DNA of 64,000 nucleotides from Eledone cirrhosa (Eukaryota): assembly GCA_964016885.1 (NCBI GenBank), contig OZ024742.1, positions 275,590,001-275,654,000 on the forward strand, given 5' to 3'. The translations under genes and the position numbers were made by a program. Position 1 is the stretch's first letter, and each line of letters starts with the position of its first letter. Shown one piece after another: positions 11,634-24,185 of the stretch. The notes beneath the pieces are model-generated. The model did no database searches, had not been told where the DNA came from, and worked only from the letters and a program-made list of their open reading frames with translations.

Positions 11634-14600
11634 CTAGCAGAAAACCACCCTCTCGGCGGATTTCTGCTAGTCTATATATCTAAAACAGAGAATGTCTGTC
11701 TGTCTGTCAGCTCACTAAAACTTGAGAACCATCCAACCGATTGTTTTCAAACTTTAGACATGTAATACTTATGGTCCTGTGAGTGTTTTGAGCAAAAATT
11801 ATTTCAAATTTTCAATGTCCTAGGGACCGCATTAGGCGATTTAGCGTTCTCTCTATATAATTCTTAGTCTTTCTTTTTAGATAGATACATAGATATAACG
11901 TTGCGCTCTTATAATATCTGTCTGTATGTCTGGCTGTCTGCATTACGTCATTATGACGCGCTCAGTGTGTGTGTGTGAATATATATATGTATCGTAATGC
12001 AGACAGCAAAACATAGCTTTCCTTCCCCTCTTCCAGCGTCTCTCTCTCTCCCGCTATCCCCCTCTTGTAGTCTGTCTCTTTCTTTCACTCTCACTCTCTC
12101 TCTACGCGTCGGACAGACAGAAATAAGGAGATTACAAATTCGATTTTTACACTTGGCGTGGGTCGATTTGAAAATGTTTTTGACCGAAGACTCCACCGGA
12201 CCTTCATCTACTTATTCTGATAAGAATCTAAATATCTAATCGTCTGCAAGTGGTGGGAATTTTTTATCGTCTGCGCGTTCCATAAAAGGGAAATAACTCG
12301 TCTCTCATCTCTATTTATACATTTGAACTGAAAAATCAATACATTACAAATTCGATTTTTACACTTGGCGTGGGTCGATTTGAAAAGGTTTTTGACCGAT
12401 GACTCCATCGAACCTTCATCTATAAGTGTAGCAATTTCACCGAAATTTGAACGTACTGTTTAAGAGATGTGTGCCGAAGGTTTTAGTAGACAGACAGACA
12501 GACAGGCAACTTAGTTTTATATATATAGATTACAAATTCGATTTTTACACTTGGCGTGTGTCGATTTGAAAAATTTTGACTCCACCGGTCCTTCATCTAT
12601 AAGTGTAGCAATTTCACCGAAATTTGAACGTACGGTTTAAGAGGAGATGTGTGCCGAAGGCTTTAGTAGACAGACAGGCAGACAACCTCAGTTTTATATA
12701 TATAGATTAACTTGAATTTGCTATTTTAGTTTGAGCAAAACTTTTGTGCTGGCTAAGCGTCAATAGTAATTAACTGCATACCTACTTTTGCACCCCCAAC
12801 CCCGGTGTATACATGAATCCTAATACAAACAATCCGTCCATATTTCCTTCAAGATAAAAGGAAATTGAAGTAAATTTAGCCTTATAAGATCGCAAAATTA
12901 ATTTAAGTAGAAGGCCTAACCGCCAACGCCATAGTAAAATGAAACAACAATTGAAAACTGAAAATAATCCAAACGTTTAATAGGGAAAGTTTAACTTACC
13001 AGGTAATGAGGTCGCTAACTTTTTAACGCTTTGTAGCATACAAAGGTAGTACAGTTAAAATGAAGCTACTAAACAAATCGAACCAAAAATTGAAATTCAA
13101 TTTGAATGGCATCTACTTATAGCATCTACATATTCTGATAAGAATCTAAATATCTAATCGTCTGCAAGTGGTGGGAATTTTTTATCGTCTTGCGCGTTCC
13201 ATAAAAGGGAAATAACTCGTCTCTCATCTCTATTTATACATTTGAACTGAAAAATCAATACATTACAAATTCGATTTTTACACTTGGCGTGGGTCGATTT
13301 GAAAAAGTTTTTGACCGATGACTCCATCGAACCTTCATCTATAAGTGTAGCAATTTCACCGAAATTTGAACGTACTGTTTAAGAGATGTGTGCCGAAGGT
13401 TTTAGTAGACAGACAGACAGGCAACCTTAGTTTTATATATATAGATTACAAGTTCGATTTTTACACTTGGCGTGGGTCGATTTAAAAAATGTTGACTCCG
13501 CCGGACCTTCATCTATAAGTGTAGCAATTTCCCCGAAATTTAAACGTACGGTTTAAGAGGAGATCTGTGCCGAAGGCTTTAGTAGACAGACAGGCAGACA
13601 ACCTCAGTTTTATATATATAGATTGACTTGAATTTGCTATTTTAGTTTGAGCAAAACTTTTGTGCTGGCCAAGCGTCAATAGTAATTAACTGCATACCTA
13701 CTTTTGCACCCCCAACCCCGGTGTATACATGAATCCTAATACAAACAATCCGTCTATATTTCCTTCAAGATAAAAGGAAATTGAAGTAAATTTAGCCTTA
13801 TAAGATCGCAAAATTAATTTAAGTAGAAGGCCTAACCGCCAACGCCATAGCAAAATGAAACAACAATTGAAAACTGAAAATAATCCAAACGTTTAATAGG
13901 GAAAGTTTAACTTACCAGGTAATGAGGTCGCTGACTTTTTAACGCTTTGTAGCATACAAAGGTAGTACAGTTAAAATGAAGCTACTAAACAAATCGAACC
14001 AAAAATTAAAATTCAATTTGAATGGCATCTACTTATAGCATCTACTTATTCTGATAAGAATCTAAATATTTAATCGTCTGCAAGTGGTGGGAATTTTTTA
14101 GCGTTTGCGCGTTCCATAAAAGGGAAATAACTCGTCTCTAAAGTCTATTTATACATTTGAACTGAAAAATCAATACATTACAAATTCGATTTTTACACTT
14201 GGCGTGGGTCGACTCCATCGAACCTTCATCTATAAGTGTAGCAATTTTACCGAAATTTGAACTTACTGTTTAAGAGGAGATGTGTGCCGAAGATTTTAGT
14301 AGACAGACAGACAGGCAACCTCAGTTTTATATATATAGATTACAAATTCGATTTTTACACTTGACGTGGGTCGATTTGAAAAATTTTGACTCCGCCGTAC
14401 CTTCATCTATAAGCGTAGCAATTTCACCGAAATTTGAACGTACGGTTTAAGAGGAGATGTGTGCCGAAGGTTTTAGTAGACAGACAGACAGACAGGCAAC
14501 CTCAGTTTTATATATATAGACTAGAAGAAAACCACCCGTGGGCGGTTTTCTGCTAGTATATATATATTATACACACAGAAATGTATATATATTTCTGTGT

Positions 14601-15943
14601 GTGTATATATATATATATTACACACACAGAAATGTATATATATTTCTGTGTGTATATATGTATATTTCTGTGTGTGTACATATATATATATATATTACAC
14701 ACACACAGAAATGTATATATGTTTCTGTAGCACTCCTCAATTCCCCCCTCTCTCCCTCCCGCTATCCCTCTCTCCCTCCCGCTATCCCCCTCTTGTAGTC
14801 TGTCTCTTTCTTTCACTCTCACTCTCTCTCTCTCTACGCGTGCGCAAAAAACATTCGCACGCGCGCACGTGTTTTAGCGTCTATTCACTCTTTCTCTCCC
14901 TCTCTCCCTCCCGCTATCCCCTTCTCGTAGTCTGTCTCTTTCTTTCACTCTCACTCTCTCTCTACGCGTGTGCAAAAAACATTCGCACGCGCGCACGTGT
15001 TTCCACTGTCGGACAGACAGACAGACAGAGAAATTGCTGGTTATATATTATAAAGAGATTACAAATTCGATTTTTACACTTGGCGTGGGTTGATTTGAAA
15101 ATGTTTTTGACCGAAGTCTCCACCGGACCTTCATCTATAAGTGTAGCAATTTCACCGAAATTTGAACGTACTGTTTAAGAGGAGATGTGTGCCGAAGGTT
15201 TTAGTTGACAGACAGACAGACAGTGACTCCGCCGGACCTTCATCTATAAGTGTAGCAATTTCACCGAAATTTGAACGTACGGTTTAAGAGGAGATGTGTG
15301 CCGAAGGCTTTAGTAGACAGACAGACAGACAACCTCAGTTTTACATATATAGACTAGCAGTGGTACCCGGCGTTGCACAGGATAAGGTATTTTGGAACGC
15401 GGGCCGCCAACAGACCTAATCGTGGAAAAACTGCATGCCTAGACAATATGTAAAGAAAATAAACTGAATACTCTGATGGCTGGATAATCTTGAGATTTTA
15501 CTCGATGAAGCAAGAAAAATGTAGGTTTTCACCTAATGCGGCCCCTAGTGGATCAAGAAAATGAATTTTTTTTATGTGCATAATATGCCTTGAAATTTCG
15601 GGCAAATCGGCTAGACGTAACGCCTCAAAAGAGCCCTAAAAAGCTGAAAAAATGAAGTTTTTCACCTAATGCGGGCTTTAGGCCATAAGAAAGTTGGATT
15701 TTCTTTGCTCACGGTATGAAGAAGAGACTGACTAATATATAGTTACAATTTCAAGGAAATCGGTCCGACGTAACACCTCAAAAATCCCTAAAAAGCTGAA
15801 AAAACGCAGTTTTCACCTAATGCAAGCCCTAGGGGATTAAAAAGTTGAATTTTTTATGTGCATAACACTCCCTGAAACATAAGTAATACACATGTAAAGT
15901 TTTAAAAATCGGTTGGGTACTTCTCGAGTTTTAGGGATTCAAA

Positions 15944-16028
<85 letters not shown>

Positions 16029-17749
16029 CCTCATGGAAGTGACGTAATGTAGACAGACATACAGACAGATATTTTAAGGGTGCGACGTTATATGTATGTA
16101 TCTATCTAAAAAGAGAAAGATTAAGAATTATAGTGAGAGATCGCCAAATCGCCTAATGCGGTCCCCAGGGCATTGAAAATTTGAAATTTTTGTTGCTCAG
16201 AACACTCCCTGAAACATAAGTATTGCATGTGTAAAGTTTGAAAACAGTCGGTTGGGTGGTTCTCAAGTTTTAGGGATTCAAACTCACACACAAACAGACA
16301 GACATCCTCAGTTTTATATATATAGACTAGCAGAAAACCACCCGGTGGGCGGTTTTCTGCTAGCAAATCTAGTGTATATACTGATATTGTTGAGATTTGG
16401 ATGAGAAATGTTTTCGGCACCACATGTTCACCGTCTTTCGGTGTGTCTTTTATGCATGTATAAATATATATGTTATCTATACGGTGAAATCTTTGAAATA
16501 AATATATGTTAAAACGAAAAAGGAGAAAATAAATAACTGGCGGTTAGAAAATAATATTCCTATGAAATTTTAATCATACCATTAGGTGTGAATAAGGAAA
16601 TACTTTTTTATTGTCAAAACAAATGTTCAAAAGTTAAACTTCAATTTTTTTAATTATTTCCAATTTTTTTATGAAATTGAACACTGGACATTGGCTGCTG
16701 GAAATGGAAATTAAATCGTATTTAATTGTATTTAAATTTCTAACCTTATTTTATTATTTATATTTTTTCAATAAGAAATAAAAAAAAAACAACAACAAAA
16801 ATTGAAGAAAAAGAATTGAACAAATCAAACGTAGGTTATGGAACTGCGCAATCTGATTAATAAATTACCTCATCAGCAGCAACCTTCTTCAAATGGTCCT
16901 TATTATCAGCAGCAACAACCACAAATTCAATGGCAACCTTCTTCGCATGGTGTCAAGTCAGAACCGCCTCGAACTGGTTACTTCTGGCTTGGGCAAGGTG
17001 TCTCTATAGCAACCAGCGATTCCCTCGGCCTCAGTGACCAAAGTCAGTGGAGAGGGGAAGGTAATGTTTCTGTAGCACGTGTTTTAGCGTCTATTCACTC
17101 TCTCTCTCTCTCCCTCTCTCCCTCCAGCTATCCCCCTCTCGTAGTCTGTCTCTTTCTTTCACTCTCACTCTCTCTCTACGCACGTGTTTCCACTGTCGGA
17201 CAGACAGACAGAGAAATTGCTGGTTATATATATAAGTAGACTAGCAGAAAACCACCCTCTCGGCGGATTTCTGCTAGTCTATATATCTAAAACAGAGAAT
17301 GTCTGTCTGTCAGCTCACTAAAACTTGAGAACCATCCAACCGATTGTTTTCAAACTTTAGACATGTAATACTTATGGTCCTGTGAGTGTTTTGAGCAAAA
17401 ATTATTTCAAATTTTCAATGTCCTAGGGACCGCATTAGGCGATTTAGCGTTCTCTCTATATAATTCTTAGTCTTTCTTTTTAGATAGATACATAGATATA
17501 ACGTTGCGCCCTTATAATATCTGTCTGTATGTCTGGCTGTCTGCATTACATCATTATGACGCGCTCAGTGTGTGTGTGTATATATATATGTATCGTAATG
17601 CAGACAGCAAGACATAGCTTTCCTTCCCCTCTTCCAGCGTCTCTCTCTCTCCCTCCCGCTATCCCCCTCTTGTAGTCTTTCACTCTCACTCTCTCTCTAC
17701 GCGTCGGACAGACAGACAGAGAAATTGCTGGTTATATATTATAAGGAGA
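11634..17749 (-). mobile_element. Array of Helitron 5' segments and non-autonomous elements, including ~0.9-kb tandem units
   Basis: Repeated 5' termini at 12529, 12706, 13445, 13622, 14339, 14520, 15353, 16326, 17240 and 17749. Units 12706-13622-14520 copy 10704-11633, and 11634-12120 recurs at 17241-17745. Confidence 0.85.
15354..16326 (-). mobile_element. Complete non-autonomous Helitron (same family as 49013-51466)
   Basis: 3' hairpin + CTAG at 15354; 5' TC terminus at 16326; internal (CA)n. Confidence 0.85.
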
Positions 17750-18164
17750 CTAGTTCACCTCCCCAACCCTAACCTCCCTTACCCCTAATACACCTCTTTT
17801 GTCCAACCCATACATACAAGTATGGAAAGCAGGACATGCTCCATATTTGTTCTCCCATTATGCTGCTGCCACAACAAAAGCACCCAGTCCATCTTTTAAG
17901 GTGGTTGTGCTGGTGACACCAGAGGTTCCCAGTCCACCCTGTATAGTGGTTGTGTTAGTGACACAAGAGAAAAGAATGCACCCAGACCACCCTATAAGGT
18001 GGTCATGTTAGTGACACGACAAAAAGCACTCAATCATTCTGTAAAGTGGTCATGCTGGTGACAACAAAAAATACCCAGTCTGCTGGTGACACAACAAAAA
18101 GCAATGAATCTACCCTATTAGGTGCTCGTGCTGTTGACAACAAAAAAGCACGAAGTCCACACTG

Positions 18165-18320
18165 TAATATGGTTGACATTAGGAAGGGCATCCAACTGTA
18201 GAAACCAAGCCAAAATACAGATCTAATGAGCAAAGCATAGTCATCTGGCCTGTCTTGTTTCATAATGTGACAACTCGTCTAATCCATGCAAGCGTGGAAA
18301 AATGGACATTAAACGATGAC
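18165..18320 (+). mobile_element. 3' part of an octopus-type SINE; related minus-strand copies at ~18914-19075 and ~19605-19750
   Basis: Shared AGGAAGGGCATCCARCTGTAGAAAC...CCATGCWAGCRTGGAA..GGACATTAAACGATGA tail in three copies; family name from memory. Confidence 0.6.
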
Positions 18321-18334
18321 ACCAACAAAGCTCA

Positions 18335-18555
18335 TGGATGTTATCCAACCATCTTGCTTAGGATCTACACCTGGCTCTCCTACCGGTTGGTTTTACCCGT
18401 AAAATCTGTCCAGCGATTCTTTCTTGAGACATTCTAACCACATGCACATAGTATCGGAGCTGTAGTCTTTCAATTCAGACTCTGATCCCCAAGCTACGTA
18501 CTCTATCGAGTAACGTTACTCCAAAGACCCTTTCAAGGAACCCCATTTCAGTCAT
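18335..18555 (-). mobile_element. Degenerate RTE-like LINE C-terminal fragment
   Basis: Minus translation EMGFLERVFGVTLLDRVRS..IERLQLRYYVHVVR resembles the RTE post-RT region. Confidence 0.55.
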
Positions 18556-18678
18556 TACCCAAAATTCCTGACCAAAAAGAAGTAATGGGATTGATGTGAT
18601 TTAAAGCAATGCCATAGTCTAATGAGGCCTCATGCAGTCTAATGAACAAAACCAGTAAAAGAATAAATGAATACTCAC

Positions 18679-18721
18679 CAAAATACTTGGGAACAAGCAT
18701 CACATTTCATTGGCAAAAAAT
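18679..18721 (-). CDS. ZFAND2: Isolated 43-nt exon of an AN1-type zinc finger protein (ZFAND2A/B, AIRAP-like)
   Basis: cttatatttccag|ATTTTTTGCCAATGAAATGTGATGCTTGTTCCCAAGTATTTTG|gtgagt encodes (D)FLPMKCDACSQVF(C), matching the ZFAND2 motif DFLPxKCDACxxxFC, with canonical splice sites. Confidence 0.8.
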
Positions 18722-19752
18722 CTGGAAATATAAGATTTAAAAATATAAATAAATTAGTTATAACTTGGAAGTTTTGGCAGTTGTAATACACTCACAAACT
18801 GAGATCATTCTATCCTTATTATTATTGGTAAAATAAAGTCTGTTCTCTATTCATATGTATTGAGTGTTCACTAACTGTTTTGACTGGTTATGTACTCTCT
18901 CCCTCTCTCTATTATCATCATCGTTTAATGTCTATCTTCCATGCTAGCATGGGTTAGACAGGTTTGTCCTACTTGAGGCAAGTTGGGTTGGGTGATTGTG
19001 TCACACTCGTATAGGACTGTTTCTGGCTGGTTTTCTACAGCTGAATGCCCTTCCTAGCGCCAACCACATTTACAGTTTTTTAACATGTCTCCTACACGAC
19101 CACTTTACAGTGTGGACTGGGTACTTTTTATTGTGACACCTACACGACCACTTTAGTGTGGTCTGGATATTCTGTGATACCAACATAACTTTACAGAGAA
19201 AGGGTGGTGTGGGTGGATAGTGTAGGGTGTGTGGGGCGGCGTGTACATTGGGTTAATAGTTGCCTACAGACTGTAGGTTTAAGTTCATACATAAGGGAAG
19301 GTGAGTCTTCTATATATATATATATATAGTAGGAAAAGAATCTTAACATTTCAGGGGTTAGGGTTAGGAGAGAGAGAATAAAGAAGAAATAGGATAGATA
19401 AGAGTAAGAAAAGAAAGAAAATGACAATTTTTTTTGTGTTTTTTGCAGGAAGAAAGCACATGCAGTTAGTCAGCCATATTTATATTGATATACTTTGGGA
19501 GAATCATGGAGTAAATGTGTTTTTGTGAGTGTGTATGTGTATATATATATTTTTATACACACACACACACGCTCACAATTTTCTATATATATATATATAT
19601 ATATCACCGTTTAAAATTCATTTTTCCTTGCTAGCATGGGTTTGAGTTGTCCTGTTGTGAGCAATGCCAGGTCAGGTGACAATCACATGCTCATACAAAA
19701 CTGATTTTAGCTTGGTTTCTACAGTTGGATGCCCTTCCTAATGCTAGCTTCA

Positions 19753-20201
19753 TTTACAGTGTGGGCTGGGTGCTTTTTGCTGTGTCACCATCACGACCAC
19801 TTTACAGTGTGGGCTGGGTGCCTTTTGATGTGTCACCATCACAACCACTTTACAGTGTGGGCTGGGTGCCTTTTGCTGTGTCACCATCATGACCACTTTA
19901 CAGTGTGGGCTGGGTGCTTTATGCCGTGTCACCATCACGACCACTTTACAGTGTGGGCTGGGTGCTTTTTGCCATGTCGCCATCATGACCACTTTACAGT
20001 GTGGGCTGGGTGCTTTATGCCGTGTCACCATCACGACCACTTTACAGTGTGGGCTGGGTGCTTTATACCGTGTCACCATCACGACCACTTTACAGTGTGG
20101 GCTGGGTGCTTTATGCCGTGTCACCATCACGACCACTTTACAGTGTGGGCTGGGTGCTTTTTGCCATGTCGCCATCACGACCACTTTACAGTGTGGGCTG
20201 G
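19753..20201. repeat. 48-bp minisatellite (~9.5 copies) adjoining a SINE; degenerate copies at 17870-18165 and 19070-19190
   Basis: Unit TTTACAGTGTGGGCTGGGTGCTTT..GTGTCACCATCACGACCAC. Confidence 0.9.
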
Positions 20202-20585
20202 AGACTTCCCTAGATGCATGCTTCAGCCTGTCCTCATGGGAGATGTATGGGAGGATGAGGTGGGGTGAGGTGGTGTATACAATATATATGCTTCAGCTAA
20301 TGAAAGAAGAGCTATAATTGAGAAAAAATTGACATGAACTGTAATATAATATATTATTTTAATTACTCTAGCAAGTGCAGGAGATAACTTTGGATAGTTT
20401 CAGTCTTATTATAAGCTCATCAATGAAGCATAGGCTTAACTGTGGAAGTTTGTTTCTATGTCAACCAACGTTACTGACAAGTCTGAATAAAGGAAGGGAT
20501 GGTCATATCTAGAACACATTTGCTCATAGGTCTGCTCAGTGATCGTTTACCTAGGGTTAAATAAACAAACAAACCACCACCTCAC

Positions 20586-20635
20586 CAGTGTTGGATCAAG
20601 AAATGTAATGGATGTTGTCCCCTTATCACCTTGAA
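20586..20635 (-). other. Putative 50-nt exon of unknown gene
   Basis: ctatttcag|...|gtgagg; one open frame reads QGDKGTTSITFLDPTL; phase is not compatible with the ZFAND2 exon. Confidence 0.35.
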
Positions 20636-20665
20636 CTGAAATAGCATGTGAGCGGGCGCGCGCAC

Positions 20666-20738
<73 letters not shown>

Positions 20739-21144
20739 CGTGTGCGTTTATTGTAGTGAGAGAGAGAGTTGAGAAAAAGGAGAGATGAGGATGGGACGAG
20801 AGAGGGACAAACAGACAAACAACTAAATATAGTGGTAGACTAGGAGTAGGAAGCTTTCATTCCCTGACGTTATCTCTAGGGATACGGGAATCAGTAGACA
20901 GGACCTGGGGGCGGCGATGGGGGACAGGGAATTCTGGGGCATGAGAGTGATGATGACGAATGATGATGATGATGATTATCCTCGCTTTTTTTCCTGTTCA
21001 TTGCCAGGGAACATCTTCACGAACCAAAATATTGTCTTCCTGTTTTCGTTCGGTTGGAACGTTTCTCGAAATATTTACTTCTGCGTTCACAGATTACTCT
21101 CAGTTCAATTTGAATGGGAAATTCCTGTTTCATCGATTTTCTCC

Positions 21145-21158
21145 GTAACCATGGAAAC
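21145..21158. promoter_or_regulatory. RFX X-box motif in a relatively CpG-rich, promoter-like segment
   Basis: GTAACCATGGAAAC (reverse GTTTCCATGGTTAC) fits the X-box consensus GTNRCCATGGYAAC closely. Confidence 0.5.
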
Positions 21159-21309
21159 TTGTACCCTAAAAGTCGACCCAACGCCCCTTCGGGTCATTCT
21201 GCATAACTGTGTAAATTTTCGCTGCTTTCCACCAAGCTGTTTCGACGTTTATCCGACTACACCTACTTACTTAAATATACAACGTCCGACCACTTCCAAT
21301 TTATATAGT

Positions 21310-21481
21310 AGACAAGGCCAGCAATTACCCAGTACATTACTGGTACTTTATTTTATCGACCCCGTGAGGATGAAAGGCAAAGTTAACCTCGGCGGTATTT
21401 GAACTCAGACCGTAAAGGGACGTAATTCCATGCTATGAAGCATGGTGTCCGACTCTCTACAGATTCTGCCAATCCACCGCC
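21310..21481 (-). mobile_element. tRNA-derived SINE
   Basis: A box TGGCAGAATCTG, B box GAGTTCAAATAC, core CTTTCATCCT..GGGGTCGATAAAATAAAGTACCAG; same family at 58573 and 58934. Confidence 0.85.
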
Positions 21482-21782
21482 CTAATGTCTGTACGTAATG
21501 AGGGAGTGAGAGGGGAGAGAAAGAAAGGCAGAGGTGAAGTGACGAAGTGACTCTCTCCTCCTCCTCCTCATCCTCATCCTCATCCTCCATCTCCCCATTC
21601 GTCACAGCGATAGAGGGGAGGAATGTTAGTGTGTTACAAAGAGAAAGAGTGAGAGTGAGAGAAACAGACAGACTAAAAGAGAGGGATAGATGGAGAGAGA
21701 GAGAGATAGCAACCACGCGCGCACGTGTTTCCACTGTCGGACAGCCAGACAGAGAAATTGCTGGTTATATATTATAGGTAGA

Positions 21783-22520
21783 TTGACTTGAATTTGCTAT
21801 TTTAGTTTGAGTAAAATATTTGTGCTGACCAAGCGTCAATAGTAATTAACTGCATACCTACTTTTGCACCCCAACCCGGTGTATACATGAATCCTAATAC
21901 AAAACAATCCGTCCATATTTCCTTCAAGATAAAAGGAAATTAAAGTAAATTTAGCCTCATAAGATCGCAAAATTAATTTAAGTAGAAGGCCTAACCGCCA
22001 ACGCCATAGCAAAATGAAACAACAATTGAAAACTGAAAATAATCCAAACGTTTAATAGGGAAGGTTTAACTTACCAAGTAATGAGGTCGCTGACTTTTTA
22101 ACGCTTTGTAGCACACAAAGGTAGTACAGTGAAAATGAAGCTACTAAACAAATCGAACCAAAAATTAAAATTCAATTTGAATGGCATCTACTTATAGCAT
22201 CTACTTATTCTGATAAGAATCTAAATATCTAATCGTCTGCAAGTGGTGGGAATTTGTTAGCGTCTGCGCGTTCCATAAAAGGGAAATAACTCGTCTCTCA
22301 TCTCTATTTATACATTTGAACTGAAAAATTAATACATTACAAATTCGATTTTTACACTTGGCGTGGGTTGATTTGAAAATTTTTTTAGCCGATGTCTCCG
22401 CCGGACCTTCATCTATAAGTGTAACAATTTCACCGAAATTTAAATGTACGGTTTAAGAGATGTGTGCCGAAGGTTTTAGTAGACAGACAGACAGGCAACC
22501 TCAGTTTTATATATATATAT
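21783..22520 (-). mobile_element. Helitron 5' segment (another copy of the 10704-11447 unit)
   Basis: High identity to 10704-11447. Confidence 0.85.
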
Positions 22521-23554
22521 CAACGGAAAAAAATGAAACGAAATTTCATTTCCCACTCTTAGGACGGCTGTTACTTAAATATAAGTATGTACACGTACAT
22601 ACATATATGTATACAGACGTACAGTAGTATGTATATATATATACATACATGCACACATATATATATGTACGTATGGATTCACCGAACATTTATTATAATG
22701 CTTGGTGTGTTTGTAAACAAACATCCCGTATTAAGCCGTAGTGTCCAGCAACCATCGTTGCTCGTTTGTTCAACACTGACAAAGGAACGCTGTACTAGTT
22801 TCAAGCTTATTAGCTATCGTCAGCAACGTATACCTTCCTGCCAGATTGTTGAACGTATATACTTACCTTATGCATATTATCGGCTGAGTAGCCCAATTTG
22901 CATATCGAGTGAGTTAATCGGCCGGGTGCACCGAAAATATATATATAATATAATATAAAACGAAAAATCAGTGATGCATCTGAACTCAATTTATTGTGTG
23001 TTACAATTGTTTCGCCGGCAGACAGCTCGAGACACGATCATTGTATGGATCTATCTGATTCTAGAACTGCAGATTTGTCGGACAATTCCAATAATTTCGG
23101 AATAAATTTTCTCACTGGGGTTTTAGCTTCAAAAAACATCTTCCTCGCTTGTCCTGCTGTTGGCTGTTGTTTTTCTACGTCATCATAAATTCTGGCCAAT
23201 AATTGCTGCCAGGAACATCGCCTGAGCCAGGTTGACCCGGATTCCACTGTCGCTCAGTCAGGTACTTTGCACCTATAGGACAACACACCTCAACCACAGT
23301 AGCAGACCCCAATATGACAGGGCTACGCGCCCCCATGCATGTGTACCTTTTCAATCGTGAATACATACTCTCCACGTGTTCCATTTTGGAACACATATTA
23401 TTTGTTCCGTACACAGACCTAAGTGTGCACCTTATACTCCCCATATGTACTATATTACACGCATACACATACCTTCTCATTTCTCCTCTCTTTTTTTATA
23501 TATCTCTATGTGATGTTATATGCATATTTTAATATATTGTATTTTATTTTATTG

Positions 23555-23990
<436 letters not shown>

Positions 23991-24112
23991 TAGGAGGTGA
24001 GTTTTATTGTAGCAAAATAAAGCAATGCAAATATCGGATAAGTAGCACTCAACAGTTTATAGGACTGGAGTATAAATAATATAAGATCAAAAGATGGTTA
24101 AAAGAGTTCCAT

Positions 24113-24185
24113 CTATTTTATTAAGCGCATTTCAAAAACAAATATCATCATGGGATGATACTTGCGTTCTCATCAGATAAAATAG
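24113..24185 (-). ncRNA. Type I hammerhead ribozyme in pLTR
   Basis: CTATTTTAT CTGATGA [GAACGCAAGTATCATC..GATGATATTTGTTTTT] GAAA TGCGCT TA ATAAAATAG. Confidence 0.8.

Noticed and set aside
19729-20317. His/Cys-rich repeat protein or CRISPR-like array
   Set aside because: 48-bp minisatellite open in several frames; no unique spacers and no cas genes.
21019-21133. Minus ORF MKQEFPIQ.. as ZFAND2 first exon
   Set aside because: Lacks the LGxHC...C motif and ends in a stop; the EFP match is coincidental.
21310-21481. tRNA gene
   Set aside because: A and B boxes belong to a multi-copy SINE; no cloverleaf.
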